From contig DASRFZ010000189.1 in NCBI GenBank assembly GCA_035651275.1, positions 749 to 64,748 of the forward strand: a stretch of 64,000 nucleotides of DNA, written 5' to 3'. The translations under genes and the position numbers were made by a program. Source of the stretch: Mycobacterium sp. Its GTDB lineage: Bacteria > Actinomycetota > Actinomycetes > Mycobacteriales > Mycobacteriaceae. Below are positions 62,932-64,000 of the stretch, in pieces. A model generated the notes under the pieces. It saw only the letters and a program-made list of their open reading frames with translations, ran no database searches and was not told where the DNA came from. Within the stretch, counting starts at the first letter, position 1. The number at the start of each line of letters is the position of its first letter.

Positions 62932-63554
62932 CTGACCATCACCATTTCGGCGGCATCACGCAGCATCGGCGCCGCTTCCGACGTCAGTTCGATGAGCGCG
63001 AGAGGGAATTGCTCGGCGAGCTCATCGACGGTGCTTCGCTCCAGCCGGCGGGTGTCGTACCACCAATCCATCTGCAGCACCCCACCCGATCGGTACACCC
63101 GCAGCTCGAGCGCGTGGCCATCACTCGGCAGCATTTGCCGACGCATCGGCTCGTGCGCGCCGAGCAGATAGGAAATCGCGACGTCGGAGGCTGCCGACGT
63201 CAGGCGGCCGACTCTCCGCCGCGCGCCAGTCAGCGCGCGGTGGGCAGCGCGCACCGCTTTGGTGGCGCTCACTTCCCCTACGGTCGTGCAGGCCAGGGTC
63301 ACCGTCGCTTCGCCCTCGCCGAGAAGGTCCACCGACATGTCTCCAGTGCCGATGGTTCGCGCGATGGTCCGGGCGACCGCCGCGAGGACGAGCTCCTCGA
63401 CGGTCAGCCTCAAGTATTGGCGAGCCTCGTCGAGCTCCGTGGTCAACATGCTGGTCAGCGGAGCTGACAGGATTGCGAGATCGTCGGGGCGCGGGGGCCC
63501 GTCAACGTCGTAGTCGAGCATTTGCAGAGTTGCTCTCCCCAAGTTTGTGGACAT
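62928..63554 (-). CDS. Stand-alone protein resembling the C-terminal lobe of an NRPS/PKS condensation domain
   Basis: LAAVARTIAR, VSVDL-like strand, ELRVYRSGGVLQMDWWYDTRRLERSTVDELAEQF; no HHxxxDG; start uncertain (63554 or 63521). Confidence 0.6.
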   Translation of the reverse strand: MSTNLGRATLQMLDYDVDGPPRPDDLAILSAPLTSMLTTELDEARQYLRLTVEELVLAAVARTIARTIGTGDMSVDLLGEGEATVTLACTTVGEVSATKAVRAAHRALTGARRRVGRLTSAASDVAISYLLGAHEPMRRQMLPSDGHALELRVYRSGGVLQMDWWYDTRRLERSTVDELAEQFPLALIELTSEAAPMLRDAAEMVMVS

Positions 63555-63688
63555 GAGGCAACGGTACACCGATGTCCCATTTTTGGGAGATATGTGCCAA
63601 AACCGTGACGGCTGTGTCAATTTCGGTTGATCTCTCTAGTTTGCGGGAGCCACTGCCCAAACGCGGGAGTTTGCTCTATGGTGTAGAA

Positions 63689-64000
63689 GTGCCACGGACA
63701 GACGAGAACGGCCGGCAACTGAAGGCTTTGCTGGACTACCTGCTCGACGGGGATATCGAAGCAAAGGACATCTACGACGCGCTCGGGGTCTCCAGCAGCA
63801 CCTATTACCGGCGGATCAAGGAAGACAACTACCCTGACGCCGAGGAACTGCGGAGGGTGGCCGACAGGTTCAACCTCAGCTATCCCGATCTTCAGGTGCG
63901 ATTTGGATTGATGAGTCACCAAGAGGTGCAGAATTATCTGGACTCCGGCCCGTTTGCCACAACGAAGATACGGGAGCGCACCACGACCCGTCGGCCGAAA
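63689..64000 (+). CDS. HTH transcriptional regulator, phage immunity repressor-like (runs off the window)
   Basis: Manual translation MPRTDENGRQLKALLDYLLDGDIEAKDIYDALGVSSSTYYRRIKEDNYPDAEELRRVADRFNLSYPDLQVRFGL...; GTG 6 nt after a TATGGT -10; not in the ORF track. Confidence 0.7.
   Translation, partial: MPRTDENGRQLKALLDYLLDGDIEAKDIYDALGVSSSTYYRRIKEDNYPDAEELRRVADRFNLSYPDLQVRFGLMSHQEVQNYLDSGPFATTKIRERTTTRRPK

Noticed and set aside
63617-63922. 101-aa minus-strand ORF in the track
   Set aside because: It is the antisense shadow of the plus-strand HTH gene, which has a -10 element and a coherent HTH motif.

Overview
High-GC actinobacterial chromosome segment, most consistent with a rapid-growing Mycobacterium/Mycolicibacterium (gene order resembles M. 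tuberculosis Rv1605 to Rv1536, recalled from memory). About the first 49 kb is mostly conserved core: his operon (hisF partial to hisD), nadABC with nrtR and its operator, bsaP-bioB-bioQ with the BioQ box, bioA-bioF-bioD, a SucT-like acyltransferase, glgX-treY-treZ, ilvA, zwf, fadD11, dnaE1, rluD-lspA, ansA, dinB1 and ileS with a translational T-box. Small accessory genes are interspersed: an ADH/TetR pair, a PknI-like pseudokinase fused to a SecD-type head domain, and an ECF42 sigma/DGPF pair with its promoter. The most unusual region is a 13.3 kb, 13-gene catabolic cluster (49614-62931) immediately upstream of ileS. It has steroid-catabolism-type enzymes (KstD with catalytic Tyr motifs, heteromeric acyl-CoA dehydrogenase, SCP2/Ltp2-like thiolase, mycofactocin-type SDR), an orphan Rieske oxygenase, two non-canonical crotonase paralogs, and a TPP-dependent E1alpha/E1beta pair with a free-standing lipoyl carrier but no E2 or E3. 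The window ends with a half condensation-domain gene and a truncated HTH protein resembling mycobacteriophage immunity repressors. No rRNA, tRNA, CRISPR array, integrase or transposase was recognised. All family assignments come from motif recognition by eye; no database searches were run.
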